A DNA stretch of 64,000 bases from contig CAYHFN010000016.1 in NCBI GenBank assembly GCA_964355925.1, positions 1,006 to 65,005 on the forward strand, in the 5' to 3' direction. A program made the translations under genes and the position numbers. The DNA comes from an uncultured Chitinophagaceae bacterium. GTDB taxonomy: Bacteria > Bacteroidota > Ignavibacteria > UBA10030 > UBA8401. Shown here piece by piece: positions 38,440 to 48,988 of the stretch (position 1 is the stretch's first letter; every line of letters begins with the position of its first letter). The notes under the pieces are model-generated. The model made no database searches and had not been told where the DNA came from. It saw nothing but the letters and a program-made list of their open reading frames with translations.

Positions 38440-39306
38440 CTATTTTACACCGGCTTTAACACTTTTGAGAGCATCTTCAAGTTCTTTGAATGATGGTCTA
38501 AAATCTGTGAAGATAACACGTCTGGAAAATTCGACAACCATCATTGGTGCATTTCCTTTTGCATATGCAAGAAGTCCAACCTTGATACACTGCAAATAGA
38601 GAATCTCCGATAAGTGAAGAGTTGCAATATGGGTAGCCATTGGACCTACAAAACCATAGCACAAGAGAATGCCAAGAAATGTACCGACCAAAGCAGCAGC
38701 GACACTCATACCAACCTCTTCCGGCGGACCGCTGATCTTTCCCATTGTGACGATAATTCCAAGAACCGCAGCAACAATTCCCAAACCGGGAAGTGCATCA
38801 CTGGCAGACTGTAATACTGCCGGTGCTTGATGTCCTTCCGTTTCCATTGTTTCCTGGTCAGCATCTAAAATCGCCTCAAGATCATGGGCTGGCACACCAC
38901 CGCTCAACATCAGCTTCAGTGTATCGCAAAGAAAATCCATCGCATGATGATTTTTAATGAGGAATGGATTCTTTGCAAAAATAGCACTGGTTTCAGGCTT
39001 TTCAATGTGCGGTTCAATGTTCATTAAGCCATCTTTCGTTGCGACTAAAAATAGTTCGAACATTGTTTTCAATAAGTTAAGATATTCATTCTTTGTATAC
39101 GGATCCCCTTTAAAAAGACCAATAATATGTTGAACTAATTTTTTTAAAATTCGGATCGGCGTACTTACGATCATTGCGCCAATGGTAGCTCCCACAATAA
39201 TTACGTATTCGTTGGGTTGGTACAAAACTAACAGAGGTCCCTTGTGCATTAAAAATCCACCGATGACGCTTGCAAATACGACGACAATACCAATAATGAC
39301 AAACAT
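38440..39306 (-). CDS. motA: Flagellar stator MotA (E. coli-type)
   Basis: QPNEY, PGLGIVAAVLG, ALVGTFLGILLCYGFVGP. Confidence 0.95.
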   Translation of the reverse strand: MFVIIGIVVVFASVIGGFLMHKGPLLVLYQPNEYVIIVGATIGAMIVSTPIRILKKLVQHIIGLFKGDPYTKNEYLNLLKTMFELFLVATKDGLMNIEPHIEKPETSAIFAKNPFLIKNHHAMDFLCDTLKLMLSGGVPAHDLEAILDADQETMETEGHQAPAVLQSASDALPGLGIVAAVLGIIVTMGKISGPPEEVGMSVAAALVGTFLGILLCYGFVGPMATHIATLHLSEILYLQCIKVGLLAYAKGNAPMMVVEFSRRVIFTDFRPSFKELEDALKSVKAGVK

Positions 39307-39335
39307 GACACGCTCCAGGGGTACAGCAAAGAGAT

Positions 39336-39584
39336 TTATTTTTCTTTATTGATTTTTTTCTGTTTAAACATTTGGACTGCTGATGCAATATCTGATTTTG
39401 TGACTTTTGCAGCATCTGCATTTTCTTTTTGTATCTGTTGATAGATTTCTGAACGATATACTTTGATATCTTTTGGTGCATCGATCCCAATCCGCACTTG
39501 TCCTTCGTGAATACCAAGAACTTTAATCGTGATCAAATCACCGATCTTGATCTCCTCTTCAATTTTTCTGCTAAGAATGAGCAT
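39336..39584 (-). CDS. csrA: Carbon storage regulator CsrA
   Basis: MLILSRK.EE.IKIGD...[19 protein letters not shown]. Confidence 0.97.
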   Translation of the reverse strand: MLILSRKIEEEIKIGDLITIKVLGIHEGQVRIGIDAPKDIKVYRSEIYQQIQKENADAAKVTKSDIASAVQMFKQKKINKEK

Positions 39585-39587
39585 TTA

Positions 39588-40001
39588 TTACTCCGCTAAT
39601 ACTGGTGAGAATGATACAAGTGGTGTTCGAACATTAAGTGACTCATCATCCAACACAACCTGGCGTCCTGTTTTTTTATCGATATCAATCACAATAGGAC
39701 TTTTGAGATTGATCGTTGAATCATCAATCTCTGGTTTGATGGAAACAACTGCAAACAATGTAACCTTTTCTTGCGAAAAGTATTTACCAAAATATTCAGA
39801 TTGATTAATTGAAAGTTCAACGAGTGGAAAGCTCAATTCTTGGTCTTCCAATGATACCAGCCATCGGAATGGTTCACTCTCCTCATCATGGATTATCAGG
39901 AACTTTTTGTTCTCTTCAAATCCTATCAAACCTCCGGGAAACGTGAGCTGATGTTTCTCATCGTATTCCATCTCTCCAAATTGTATGTTATTCCATTTCA
40001 T
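39588..40001 (-). CDS. fliW: Flagellar assembly factor FliW
   Basis: FPGGLIGFE, FRWLVS, TINLKSPIVI, GRQVVL; next to csrA. Confidence 0.92.
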   Translation of the reverse strand: MKWNNIQFGEMEYDEKHQLTFPGGLIGFEENKKFLIIHDEESEPFRWLVSLEDQELSFPLVELSINQSEYFGKYFSQEKVTLFAVVSIKPEIDDSTINLKSPIVIDIDKKTGRQVVLDDESLNVRTPLVSFSPVLAE

Positions 40002-40005
40002 AGCG

Positions 40006-40725
40006 TTACTCTCCTTGAATTGCTTGTTGTCGTTGAACATTTAACGTTTGTGTTACTTGCGACATTAAAACTACGATATCTACTCGTCTATTTAATGTCC
40101 TATTCTTTTCTGTTGTATTTGATGCAATCGGTTTCGTATCACCGTACCCAACCACCGAAAGTTTATCCGAATTGAAGTTATGATGCTCAATCAAATAATA
40201 TCCTGTATTCATTGCCCTGCTGACTGAAAGATGCCAATTTGAAGGGAATTCTTTTGTTGCAATAGGAATATTATCCGTGTGCCCTTCTATTCTAATGTCA
40301 TTTGGGATCGTTCGAAGGGCAGAAGAAAGTGAATCCAACATTGTATAAGAACTTCCTTTCAATTTCGACTCACCGGAAGGGAATAATAATTCTTCCTGTA
40401 TGTGAATCGTTACACCGCGTTCATCTATGGAGATTGAAAGTGCCGAACTTTTTCCGTCGATCTCCAATACTTGCTTTAACAATTTTTCAACTCGAATCTG
40501 CTCCGCCATTTCGGATAATAACGATGTACCATTTCCCATCTCTACTTTTCCACTTCCAAATTCACCGCCGAATGCCGCAACCCACTGACTGTATTTTTTT
40601 TTATCGATGTTCGACATTGCATACAGAATAACGAACAACCCCAACAGCAGTGTTATCAGATCCGCATATGTTAACAGCCATCGGTCTTGACTCGGATATT
40701 CAGTATGGGCTTTTCGTTTTTTCAT
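40006..40725 (-). CDS. motB: Second stator B subunit (MotB/MotS/PomB-like)
   Basis: DRWLLTYADLITLLL; EGHTDNIPI..SNWHLS..RA; NRRVDI. Confidence 0.9.
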   Translation of the reverse strand: MKKRKAHTEYPSQDRWLLTYADLITLLLGLFVILYAMSNIDKKKYSQWVAAFGGEFGSGKVEMGNGTSLLSEMAEQIRVEKLLKQVLEIDGKSSALSISIDERGVTIHIQEELLFPSGESKLKGSSYTMLDSLSSALRTIPNDIRIEGHTDNIPIATKEFPSNWHLSVSRAMNTGYYLIEHHNFNSDKLSVVGYGDTKPIASNTTEKNRTLNRRVDIVVLMSQVTQTLNVQRQQAIQGE

Positions 40726-41503
40726 TTTTATTTTGAACCTGTTCGGCTGACGAAATCATCGTGATCAGTTTAGAACGGATGATCGATGGGATTTCGCCCT
40801 CTTGGATTGCAATAACGCCTTCAGAAATAAGAGACATATATAATTGTTCTTCATCATCTATACTCTTTAGTTTATCGGCAATGGGAAGCCAAATAATATT
40901 TGCCATGAACACACCCCAAAGAGTAGCAATAAATGCAGATGCGATATGTCGTATCAATTGATTAGGATCTTCGCCAGCATTGGCAAGAGTTGCAATAAGT
41001 CCCATCACCGTTCCAATGATTCCCATCGTTGGTGAATATCCACCCATGCGTTGATATAATTGAATATTCTTTTGATGACGTTCACTTACATGTATCAGAT
41101 CCATCTCTGAAATTGAACGAAGAACATTGATGTCAATTCCATCGATCAAATACTGCAGTAACTTTGATACATATCTGTCTTTCACCGACGATAAATGGCG
41201 CTCTAGTGTCAGCAATCCTTCCTTACGAGCGATCATAGAATGTTTGACGATCTCTTCTATGATCGCCGGATAGTCATACGAAGGCGGATATAACGCAATC
41301 ATCAGTGTCGATCCAAAATTTTTCATTACTTTCATTGGTGTTCCAATGAGTGCAGTTGCAAATGTACCGCCAAATACAATCACCATTGCCGGGAGCATAA
41401 TAATTGCTCCCATCTTACCACCTTCCAACAGGAAAGATCCAAAGACAGCAACAAGACCGAGTATTAAACCAAAGAATGTCCCTATATCAATTTTTTTTTT
41501 CAT
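40700..41503 (-). CDS. motA: Second stator A subunit (MotA/MotP/PomA-like)
   Basis: ARKEGLLTLE, YSPTMGIIGTVMGLI, AFIATLWGV. Confidence 0.9.
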   Translation of the reverse strand: MKKKIDIGTFFGLILGLVAVFGSFLLEGGKMGAIIMLPAMVIVFGGTFATALIGTPMKVMKNFGSTLMIALYPPSYDYPAIIEEIVKHSMIARKEGLLTLERHLSSVKDRYVSKLLQYLIDGIDINVLRSISEMDLIHVSERHQKNIQLYQRMGGYSPTMGIIGTVMGLIATLANAGEDPNQLIRHIASAFIATLWGVFMANIIWLPIADKLKSIDDEEQLYMSLISEGVIAIQEGEIPSIIRSKLITMISSAEQVQNKNEKTKSPY

Positions 41504-41507
41504 GCTA

Positions 41508-42395
41508 TTATCGCAAATAATCCAATAACGACTTCGGAAGAATTTGACCACCTACGTTTAGAGCAGCACTTAACATAGTTTCTTCACTTTTAAATTTCAT
41601 TGTTGCTTCAGCAACATCGGTGTCTTGGTAGAGGGAAATATATTCCGATAATTTATTCCCTTGTATTTCAAGGTTATCACCAATCAATAGAAAATTTTCT
41701 CCATACGAAGCTGCAGTACTGGTAGAGTTAAGAATATGGGCCGACGCTTGTTCAATGCTGTCCACAAATGCCGTTGAAGAAAATGTACCGTTGTTCAATG
41801 CATCTCGAACCTGGACTAGTAGATCAAAAATCTGGGTTCCGTTCAACGCCTGTTCTCCGTTCACATTCACTTGAATTGCATGATCGTCTCCAACCTGAAA
41901 TTTTATTACACCATCGATCCCTTTAGGATTCTTAATCACAGCAGAACCATTTGCGGTTAGAGTATATGGCTGCTCTTGCGTTTGCGTGCCCCCAAGGAGA
42001 TATTTTCCATTGAACTTTGTATTTGAAAGATCGACCATCTCCGTCAATAATTGATTGACACTTTCTCCAAACGTTGTTAAGTCTTCGGTACTGGCAGAAC
42101 CTCCTGCGCGAACAACGATATCTTTTAAATTCATCAATACGTCGCCGATCTGCCCAAGTGTTGTTGCGGTTGTTTCGGCAATTCCTTGTCCTTCAATTGC
42201 ATTATTCTTGTATTGCTCACGAAGTTTCTTTGATTCCGTCAACCGTAATATCGTGTCCGCAGCCTGCGGGTCATCGGAAGCGGATTGAATTAATTTTCCT
42301 GTTGCAAGCTGATTTTGTAAACGGACGATCCGTTCCCGCGTTCTATTAACGGTAGAAAGATATCCGGAAGCGATTGTACCTTCTGTAATTCTCAT
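41508..42395 (-). CDS. flgL: Hook-associated protein 3
   Basis: MRIT...QLATGK...SDDP; SLLDYLR. Confidence 0.93.
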   Translation of the reverse strand: MRITEGTIASGYLSTVNRTRERIVRLQNQLATGKLIQSASDDPQAADTILRLTESKKLREQYKNNAIEGQGIAETTATTLGQIGDVLMNLKDIVVRAGGSASTEDLTTFGESVNQLLTEMVDLSNTKFNGKYLLGGTQTQEQPYTLTANGSAVIKNPKGIDGVIKFQVGDDHAIQVNVNGEQALNGTQIFDLLVQVRDALNNGTFSSTAFVDSIEQASAHILNSTSTAASYGENFLLIGDNLEIQGNKLSEYISLYQDTDVAEATMKFKSEETMLSAALNVGGQILPKSLLDYLR

Positions 42396-42397
42396 GA

Positions 42398-43765
42398 TTA
42401 TGTCATTCTCATTAGTGTATCGAACAATGAATTGACTGTATTGATCACTCGAGCAGATGCATCAAACCCGTGTTGAAATTTTATCAGATTTGTCATTTCT
42501 TCATCAATAGAAACTCCGGAAACTGAGTTTTGCTGCGCATCCACTTGATCTAACACCAACTGTTGTGATTGTGTCTCTTGCTCTAGTCCTTGTATTTCAG
42601 ATCCCATACCGCTAACAATGCCATTGTAAAATTGGAAAACGGTATTCTTATTTCCATTCATTGTCTTTGCATTCTGCAATTGAGATAGTGCAATGGCCGT
42701 TTCATTGTTACCCGGAGCACCATCGGCTGATGCTGCGATATTATTGATATCCTGCTCAACCAAAGGATTAACGGAAATAGATGCGGCATCATTTCCTGTA
42801 AAGAAATCCAATCCTGTTACAGCCGGATCACCCAAATTATATCCTCCGGAGTGGACTGTGTTAACTTGTGTAATAAGAGTCTGTGCAAGATCATCTAAGT
42901 TTTTTTGATAACCGTTGATAGTGGAGTTAAACAATTTCATTAGTCCACCCGCCTCTCCGCCGGTTACACTAATAGGCGAAGTCGAATCGAGTGTTGTCAG
43001 CACTATCAAATTTGCTACCATTCCAGATTTAAGTTGCTGATAATTGCCATTTGATAGAACAGTGGTGCCGCCAATCGCAACCGATATTGAACCTTTACTA
43101 TCTTCAGAGACTCGAACGTTGATAAGGGAAGATAATTCTGAAAGATTTCTGTCTCGTTGATCTTTAATGTCGTTCGGTTCCGATCCACGGGATGTTGCGG
43201 CCACAATTGCAGAATCAAGTTCTGATGTTGATTTTAGCAAAGAGTTGATCCTTTCAATCTTCGACTCCAACTCGTTGCCGACATTTACTTTTGTTGCCGT
43301 AAGACCTTCCGACAAACGGTGAAAAGAATCGGTCATTAACGATGCACGCTGTAGAACTGCATTTCTGCTCGAACTCTCTTCTGGATGCGTAGCGAGATCC
43401 TGAAATGAACCAAAGAATGCAGTCATTACTGCATTCAAACCAGAATCGGATGGTTCCTGCAATATTGATTCCGTCATTGCTAAAACCTGCTGACGCTGTG
43501 ATGCCTGTCCTAAATTTGCCTTGATCGCATAACTTTGTTGATCGACATATTTTTCTCGCAATCGCTGAATTGTTTTTATATCGACTCCACTTCCTAAATA
43601 TCCAAACGGAGTTTTTTCGGATTGCGAGGGTGACAGTACCACACGCTGACGTGAATATCCGGCAACACCCGCATTAGAAATATTATGACTTGTTACACCA
43701 ATGCCGTATTGATTGGCATTCAACGATCGTTTTGCTGATTCAAGAATACTGTTTAAGCCTGCCAT
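42398..43765 (-). CDS. flgK: Hook-associated protein 1
   Basis: HNISNA...GYSRQRV; SGVSIDEEMTNL. Confidence 0.95.
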   Translation of the reverse strand: MAGLNSILESAKRSLNANQYGIGVTSHNISNAGVAGYSRQRVVLSPSQSEKTPFGYLGSGVDIKTIQRLREKYVDQQSYAIKANLGQASQRQQVLAMTESILQEPSDSGLNAVMTAFFGSFQDLATHPEESSSRNAVLQRASLMTDSFHRLSEGLTATKVNVGNELESKIERINSLLKSTSELDSAIVAATSRGSEPNDIKDQRDRNLSELSSLINVRVSEDSKGSISVAIGGTTVLSNGNYQQLKSGMVANLIVLTTLDSTSPISVTGGEAGGLMKLFNSTINGYQKNLDDLAQTLITQVNTVHSGGYNLGDPAVTGLDFFTGNDAASISVNPLVEQDINNIAASADGAPGNNETAIALSQLQNAKTMNGNKNTVFQFYNGIVSGMGSEIQGLEQETQSQQLVLDQVDAQQNSVSGVSIDEEMTNLIKFQHGFDASARVINTVNSLFDTLMRMT

Positions 43766-43773
43766 AATCGTTG

Positions 43774-44199
43774 TTACGCTTTCTGATCGATCAATTGACG
43801 TTGAAAATTATTTGTGAGAATAACTAACGTGTGCCGAACGAACGATAATGAACTTTGGAGCAGTTGTTTGTTCTGATTGTTCTTTTTCATCACGCGTTCC
43901 GATGCAACCCGCAGACGCTGAGCCTGGATACGAAGTTCATCCGCGTCGAATTCATCCGCGATCATAGATAGTTTTTTTTCTTCACCTTTTTCCGAGAATT
44001 GCGATACCAGCATTACCCGTTTTTTTTCCAATTCTGCAATACGATGGAGAATCATTTCTTCTTCTTTGATAACGAGGTCTAATTCTTCCGGTTTCCAATA
44101 GATAAATGCATGTTGTTTTTCTTTCAACAAAGTTTCCAACGATTCAGCAATATCGGCTTCTTGTTGTATGACTGCAGTTAACTCGGTGATCGATTCCAT
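43774..44199 (-). CDS. flgN: Flagellar export chaperone FlgN
   Basis: Coiled coil, N..N..LL motif, directly upstream of flgK. Confidence 0.8.
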   Translation of the reverse strand: MESITELTAVIQQEADIAESLETLLKEKQHAFIYWKPEELDLVIKEEEMILHRIAELEKKRVMLVSQFSEKGEEKKLSMIADEFDADELRIQAQRLRVASERVMKKNNQNKQLLQSSLSFVRHTLVILTNNFQRQLIDQKA

Positions 44200-44202
44200 A
44201 TG

Positions 44203-45057
44203 TTAATCCTTTCCAGGTGAAAATACATCGATATATTTCATTACCGTGCGGACATATTGCTGTGTTTCCGGTATTGCCGGGATCTTTCTTGTTTTTTCAA
44301 TCCTTGCAGGACCAGCATTGTACGATGCCACCGCTAATTTCACATCTCCATCAAATTTATCCATCAGTTGTTTCAGATATTTTGTTCCGCCGTGGATATT
44401 TTGTTCCGGATCCCACACATTCTTTACACCAACCATTGTTGCAGTCGAATCGATCAGTTGCATCAATCCTTTTGCATTGGCCGATGAGTGCGCGTGAGGA
44501 TTTCCGGCAGACTCACTGGCAATCACCGCTTTGATCAATGATGTATCGAGATCATATTTTTTTGCGGCACGATTAACAATGTCATCATATTTCTCTACTG
44601 CATTTTTTACAGTTAACGACTTTCCTTTTTTTATTGGAATGATTGTTCCAATGGCCACTTCCGTCTTTTGCTTTTGAATTATTGCTCCGTTATCACCTGC
44701 CGTCTTTTGCTCCGCTGCAATTGCATGGACAATTTCTCTCTTCACCGTTTCTTTCGGCATAGACTCACCGGTCATTTTTTTATATAACATCTCGCCGAAA
44801 CCTAGGCTTGATTTGCGGGAAATATTTTTCGACAATTCTTGGTCGAACATTTCCAGCATCATCTCCCCGCCAAATCCTCCCCCTTCTTCTTCATCTTTTT
44901 GAACTGTTTTACGCATCGACTGTAAAAGATAGTTCACAAAGATCGCTTCGAAATCTTTCGCTGCCTTTTGAAGTTTTGCCTTCGCTTTTTCATCAACAAC
45001 TCTTGGTTGAGCAGACTTTTGAACAGTGTTCGGTTCTATATTGAATGGAATTCCCAT
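44203..45057 (-). CDS. flgJ: FlgJ rod-binding domain fused to an SLT lytic transglycosylase
   Basis: KDFEAIFV..LLQSMRKT...MFDQELS...LGFGEML; then AVIASES, GLMQL, SYNAG. Confidence 0.85.
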   Translation of the reverse strand: MGIPFNIEPNTVQKSAQPRVVDEKAKAKLQKAAKDFEAIFVNYLLQSMRKTVQKDEEEGGGFGGEMMLEMFDQELSKNISRKSSLGFGEMLYKKMTGESMPKETVKREIVHAIAAEQKTAGDNGAIIQKQKTEVAIGTIIPIKKGKSLTVKNAVEKYDDIVNRAAKKYDLDTSLIKAVIASESAGNPHAHSSANAKGLMQLIDSTATMVGVKNVWDPEQNIHGGTKYLKQLMDKFDGDVKLAVASYNAGPARIEKTRKIPAIPETQQYVRTVMKYIDVFSPGKD

Positions 45058-45068
45058 ATTATCCCTTA

Positions 45069-46157
45069 TTAAAGGATCACCAATTCTGCTTTTAATGCAC
45101 CCGCTTCTTTCAACGCTTGAAAGATCGCTATAATATCACGAGGCGATACATGTAATGAATTTAATGCTTTTGCAATTTCCTGTACCGTTGCAGCACCGTT
45201 AATAGCAACAACAGAAGAACTGTCAACTCCAGCGGTAATTGTAGACATCTGCGTTGATACAGTTGTTCCCTTTGAAAAAGCAGGCGGCTGTGAAATTACC
45301 GGTACTTGTTGTATCTCTATATTAAGTCCAGCATGAGAGATTGCAACCGGAAGAATTGAGACATTCCCACCGATAACAACGGTGCCGGTCTTTTCGTTGA
45401 TGACAACTTTTGCCGAAACATCCGGAGTAATTTCAAGAACCTCGATAGTGGCAAGAAACTCAGTCAATTTTCCCGGAGTCTGATACAGTACCGGAACATC
45501 AACCGTAACAGTTGATGCATCTACTGCAATTGCACCGGATGGTATCTTTCCGTTCACTGCATTGCTAATTCTTGTTGCAGTAGTAAAATCCGGCTGCCAA
45601 AGAACGATTGATACTTTCCAATTATTTGCAATAGTTCCATCAAGTTGTTTTTCAATAATTGCACCGCCCGGAATTCGTCCGGCAGCTGTATGATTTCGCC
45701 GCACTTCACTTCCATTTGAACGTACATTCATTCCGCCAACCGAGACCGGACCTTGGGCACTGGCATACACAGCTCCGTTTATTGCCGACAACGGTGTGGA
45801 AAGTAATGTACCGCCTTGTAATCCTGTTGCATCACCGAGAGAAGAAACAGTTACATCAACTACTCCGCCTTCTTTTGAAAATCCGGGAATTGTTGTCGTT
45901 ACCATAACCGCAGCAACATTTCGCAATCGAAGATCTCCTTGTGGAACGGTGATACCAAATCGTTTTAACATGCTCGTAACGGATTGGACAGTGAAGGTCG
46001 ATCGTTGACTGTCTCCGGTTCCATTTAATCCGACAACAAGCCCATAACCGATCACTTGTTCGCCGCGCATTCCTTGAACGTACGCAAGATCTTTAATCCG
46101 TGAAGCGGAGAACATCAACGGTGCAAGAATTATGAAATAAAAAATTGTTTTTTTCAT
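45069..46157 (-). CDS. flgI: P-ring protein
   Basis: RIKDL...GYGLVVGLNGTGD; ALKEAGALKAEL. Confidence 0.97.
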   Translation of the reverse strand: MKKTIFYFIILAPLMFSASRIKDLAYVQGMRGEQVIGYGLVVGLNGTGDSQRSTFTVQSVTSMLKRFGITVPQGDLRLRNVAAVMVTTTIPGFSKEGGVVDVTVSSLGDATGLQGGTLLSTPLSAINGAVYASAQGPVSVGGMNVRSNGSEVRRNHTAAGRIPGGAIIEKQLDGTIANNWKVSIVLWQPDFTTATRISNAVNGKIPSGAIAVDASTVTVDVPVLYQTPGKLTEFLATIEVLEITPDVSAKVVINEKTGTVVIGGNVSILPVAISHAGLNIEIQQVPVISQPPAFSKGTTVSTQMSTITAGVDSSSVVAINGAATVQEIAKALNSLHVSPRDIIAIFQALKEAGALKAELVIL

Positions 46158-46161
46158 GATA

Positions 46162-46743
46162 TTAAAAAATCCAATGGAACAATTTGGTTATCCATCCTGG
46201 TTCTTGATTATCGTTTGTCATTCCTTTTCCCTTAAAAACAATGACCGCATCGGAAATACTAAAAGAATAGACGCTGTTATCTGCCTGAATATCTGATGGA
46301 CGAACAACACCGGAAATATTAACGATCTGTTCTTCACCGTTAATACTGATCGTCCGATTCCCGCTGATCCAAAGATCGCCGTTAGCGAACAATGAATCTA
46401 CTCGAGCAGAGATCTTTGACCTAACTGAACCTTTTGATTCTGTTGAACCTGCACCTTTGAACGCATTTCCCGTTCCGATCGAAGCACCGACATCCAATAA
46501 TGATGTTGAACCGGATTTACCTGACGATGCTAACGATATATCGCTTGCACGCGAAGTTTCTGTTTTAGAATCATTGGATGCACTTGAAGATTCGACCACT
46601 AAGATCGTTACAGCATCACCAATTCTATTTGCCTTCTGGTCGGAGAAGAGCGAACGATTATAATTTTGTCTCATATCCTGTCCAACAAGGATTGAACAAC
46701 ATAAAAAAAAGAGAAGAATCGTTTGGATATTTTTCATAGACAC
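46162..46743 (-). CDS. flgH: L-ring protein
   Basis: SLFSDQKA..IGD, SGVVRPSDI, PGWI. Confidence 0.95.
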   Translation of the reverse strand: MSMKNIQTILLFFLCCSILVGQDMRQNYNRSLFSDQKANRIGDAVTILVVESSSASNDSKTETSRASDISLASSGKSGSTSLLDVGASIGTGNAFKGAGSTESKGSVRSKISARVDSLFANGDLWISGNRTISINGEEQIVNISGVVRPSDIQADNSVYSFSISDAVIVFKGKGMTNDNQEPGWITKLFHWIF

Positions 46744-46744
46744 C

Positions 46745-47437
46745 TCACCGAATAACTATTTCCACTGTTTGTTTACCAATTACTTTAGCAGACAAAAATT
46801 CTCTGCTCCCTTCTCGCTGAATTCTGATCTCTTCGCCCATCTTCCCATCCTGTCGAGCGGTGCCTGCGGCACCGATTGAAAGATTGTTCGTTTTAACAAG
46901 GATGACAACTTTATCATTATAATTGACCGACGGTATTTCTTCGAGCATTGAATTCTTCAATATTGAATTAGCTTTGATCATTCGTTTTGCTCTTGTATTC
47001 ATCGTAGGGATCAACGACGTGATAATATCACTCTCAAAATTTGTTGTTTCCATTCGTTGAACTTTTATATCGATCGGTTTAACAACATCATTTTTTTCCA
47101 GGTCACGTGTGGTTACGCAGACATCTTCATATCGGCGGATCAAAACAGAACAGACTAACGTTCTTACTAATTTTCCATTCGCACCAACTTCAATCGGAAT
47201 TCCAACGTATCCTTTGTTTGGAACCACAACCGAAGAAGAAACACTCAGTGAATACTCTGATTTTTCAATTGTTACCGATTCAGGTACCGACCGAAATTCA
47301 ATTGCAATTTCATTCATAGCAGTGTCAAGATTTTCTATAATATAGTTAGCGATCACCTGTTGGATCTCATTGCGCGAGATGGTAGATTTTTCTCCACCCA
47401 GCAAGAAAAAATATCCTATGATGAACCAACCGAACAT
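46745..47437 (-). CDS. flgA: P-ring chaperone
   Basis: SAF domain, GTARQDGKMGEEI; position between flgG and flgH. Confidence 0.85.
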   Translation of the reverse strand: MFGWFIIGYFFLLGGEKSTISRNEIQQVIANYIIENLDTAMNEIAIEFRSVPESVTIEKSEYSLSVSSSVVVPNKGYVGIPIEVGANGKLVRTLVCSVLIRRYEDVCVTTRDLEKNDVVKPIDIKVQRMETTNFESDIITSLIPTMNTRAKRMIKANSILKNSMLEEIPSVNYNDKVVILVKTNNLSIGAAGTARQDGKMGEEIRIQREGSREFLSAKVIGKQTVEIVIR

Positions 47438-47441
47438 TTCA

Positions 47442-48230
47442 CTATCCTTTTAGATTGTTTGCCATTTGCAGCATTTCTTCTACCGTTTTAACTGTCTTTG
47501 AATTGATCTCATATGCACGTTGTGCTACGATCATACTGATCATTTCTTCAACAACATCAACATTGGAAGCTTCAAGAGAACCTTGCATCAATTCTCCAAA
47601 ACCTTCACTGCCCGGTGCACCTGCAATAGGTTTTCCCGATGCAGAAGTTTCTGAAAATAAATTATTTCCATTCGCATGCAGTCCGGCAGGATTGATAAAC
47701 TTTGCAAGTTCTAATTGCCCAACTTTTACCGAGGAAGACTGCCCTGCTTCGGTCACTTCAATGCTCCCATCGCGAGAAATTGAAATATCTGATGTTGATG
47801 ATGAAAAAGAGATCCCAGGTTCAATCACATATCCCTGAGAATTCACCAATTGACCGTCTGGCGATACTCTGAATGTTCCATCTCTGGTATATCCGACCAT
47901 TCCGTCAGTTCTGCGCACCTGGAAGAATCCTTCACCTTGGATCGAAATATCCAATGGATTACTTGTAGGCTGAACATCCCCCTGACGGAAATTTTTTAAT
48001 GTCGCCACGGGAATAGTTCCATTTCCTATTTGGATCTCGGCTACATCGGTCGTTTTTCCTTCTTCAGCAATTCCACTTGTTTTGATTGTTTGATACATCA
48101 GATCCTGAAATTCTGGTCTGCTCTTTTTGAATCCGGTCGTATTCACGTTTGCCAGATTGTTTGAGATAAGATCGATGTTCATTTGTTGTGCAAACATTCC
48201 TGTTGCCGCTGTTCGTAATGCTCTGTTCAT
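47442..48230 (-). CDS. flgG: Distal rod protein
   Basis: ISNNLANVNTTGFKKSRPEFQDLMYQ; LEASNV...AQRAYEINSK. Confidence 0.96.
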   Translation of the reverse strand: MNRALRTAATGMFAQQMNIDLISNNLANVNTTGFKKSRPEFQDLMYQTIKTSGIAEEGKTTDVAEIQIGNGTIPVATLKNFRQGDVQPTSNPLDISIQGEGFFQVRRTDGMVGYTRDGTFRVSPDGQLVNSQGYVIEPGISFSSSTSDISISRDGSIEVTEAGQSSSVKVGQLELAKFINPAGLHANGNNLFSETSASGKPIAGAPGSEGFGELMQGSLEASNVDVVEEMISMIVAQRAYEINSKTVKTVEEMLQMANNLKG

Positions 48231-48244
48231 AATTCAAACCTTTC

Positions 48245-48988
48245 TTATAATCGTCCAACTTCCAACGCTTTTTCCAATGTGGAATCCTGATAACGCATGG
48301 TGCGTTGATCGGTCTCAAAATTTCTGGTGAATTCAACTAATTGTACCATTTCCGTTAAAGACTCAACATTTGATTCTTCAAGATATCCCTGACGCAACGA
48401 TGAACGCTCATCGTTAAATTGAATCTCCTGAGGTTGTTGATCCGTTTTAAAAACTGATCCCGATTCTTTTTGCAGCGACTGCATGTCCGAAAACGTAACA
48501 AGGCGCAATTTGCCGATCAGATTTTTTCCCATATACATTTCACCTTTCGCAGTGATCATCAGATCTGTCTGTTGGGTTTTTGCGGCATTCGGAAAATTAA
48601 TGCGTCCACCACTACCCATGACATGTTGTCCGTTGGAATTAACCAGATTGCCGTCTTCAGCAAGTTTAAAGTTTCCACTTCTGGTATATCGAGTTCCTTG
48701 AGGCGTATCAAGAACAAAGAAACCTTCTCCATGAATTGCAAGATCCAGCGGATTACTTGTGGGACGATGCGAGCCTTCCGCGAAATCTGTGAACTCTTGC
48801 ACATCCAACCCAGCCATGTCTCCACTTCCAGTCGACTGTGCAACACCAGCATCTTTTAATATCTGGACGAAGAGACTATTTTTTTTGAAACCAGTAGTGT
48901 CTGCATTGGCAATATTGTTGGCAATAACATCAAGCCCCATCAAACGAGGACCCATTCCAGAACCGGATGAATATATTCCTTTGATCAT
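48245..48988 (-). CDS. flgF: Proximal rod protein
   Basis: IANNIANADTTGFK, YTRSGNF, GYLEESNV. Confidence 0.9.
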   Translation of the reverse strand: MIKGIYSSGSGMGPRLMGLDVIANNIANADTTGFKKNSLFVQILKDAGVAQSTGSGDMAGLDVQEFTDFAEGSHRPTSNPLDLAIHGEGFFVLDTPQGTRYTRSGNFKLAEDGNLVNSNGQHVMGSGGRINFPNAAKTQQTDLMITAKGEMYMGKNLIGKLRLVTFSDMQSLQKESGSVFKTDQQPQEIQFNDERSSLRQGYLEESNVESLTEMVQLVEFTRNFETDQRTMRYQDSTLEKALEVGRL

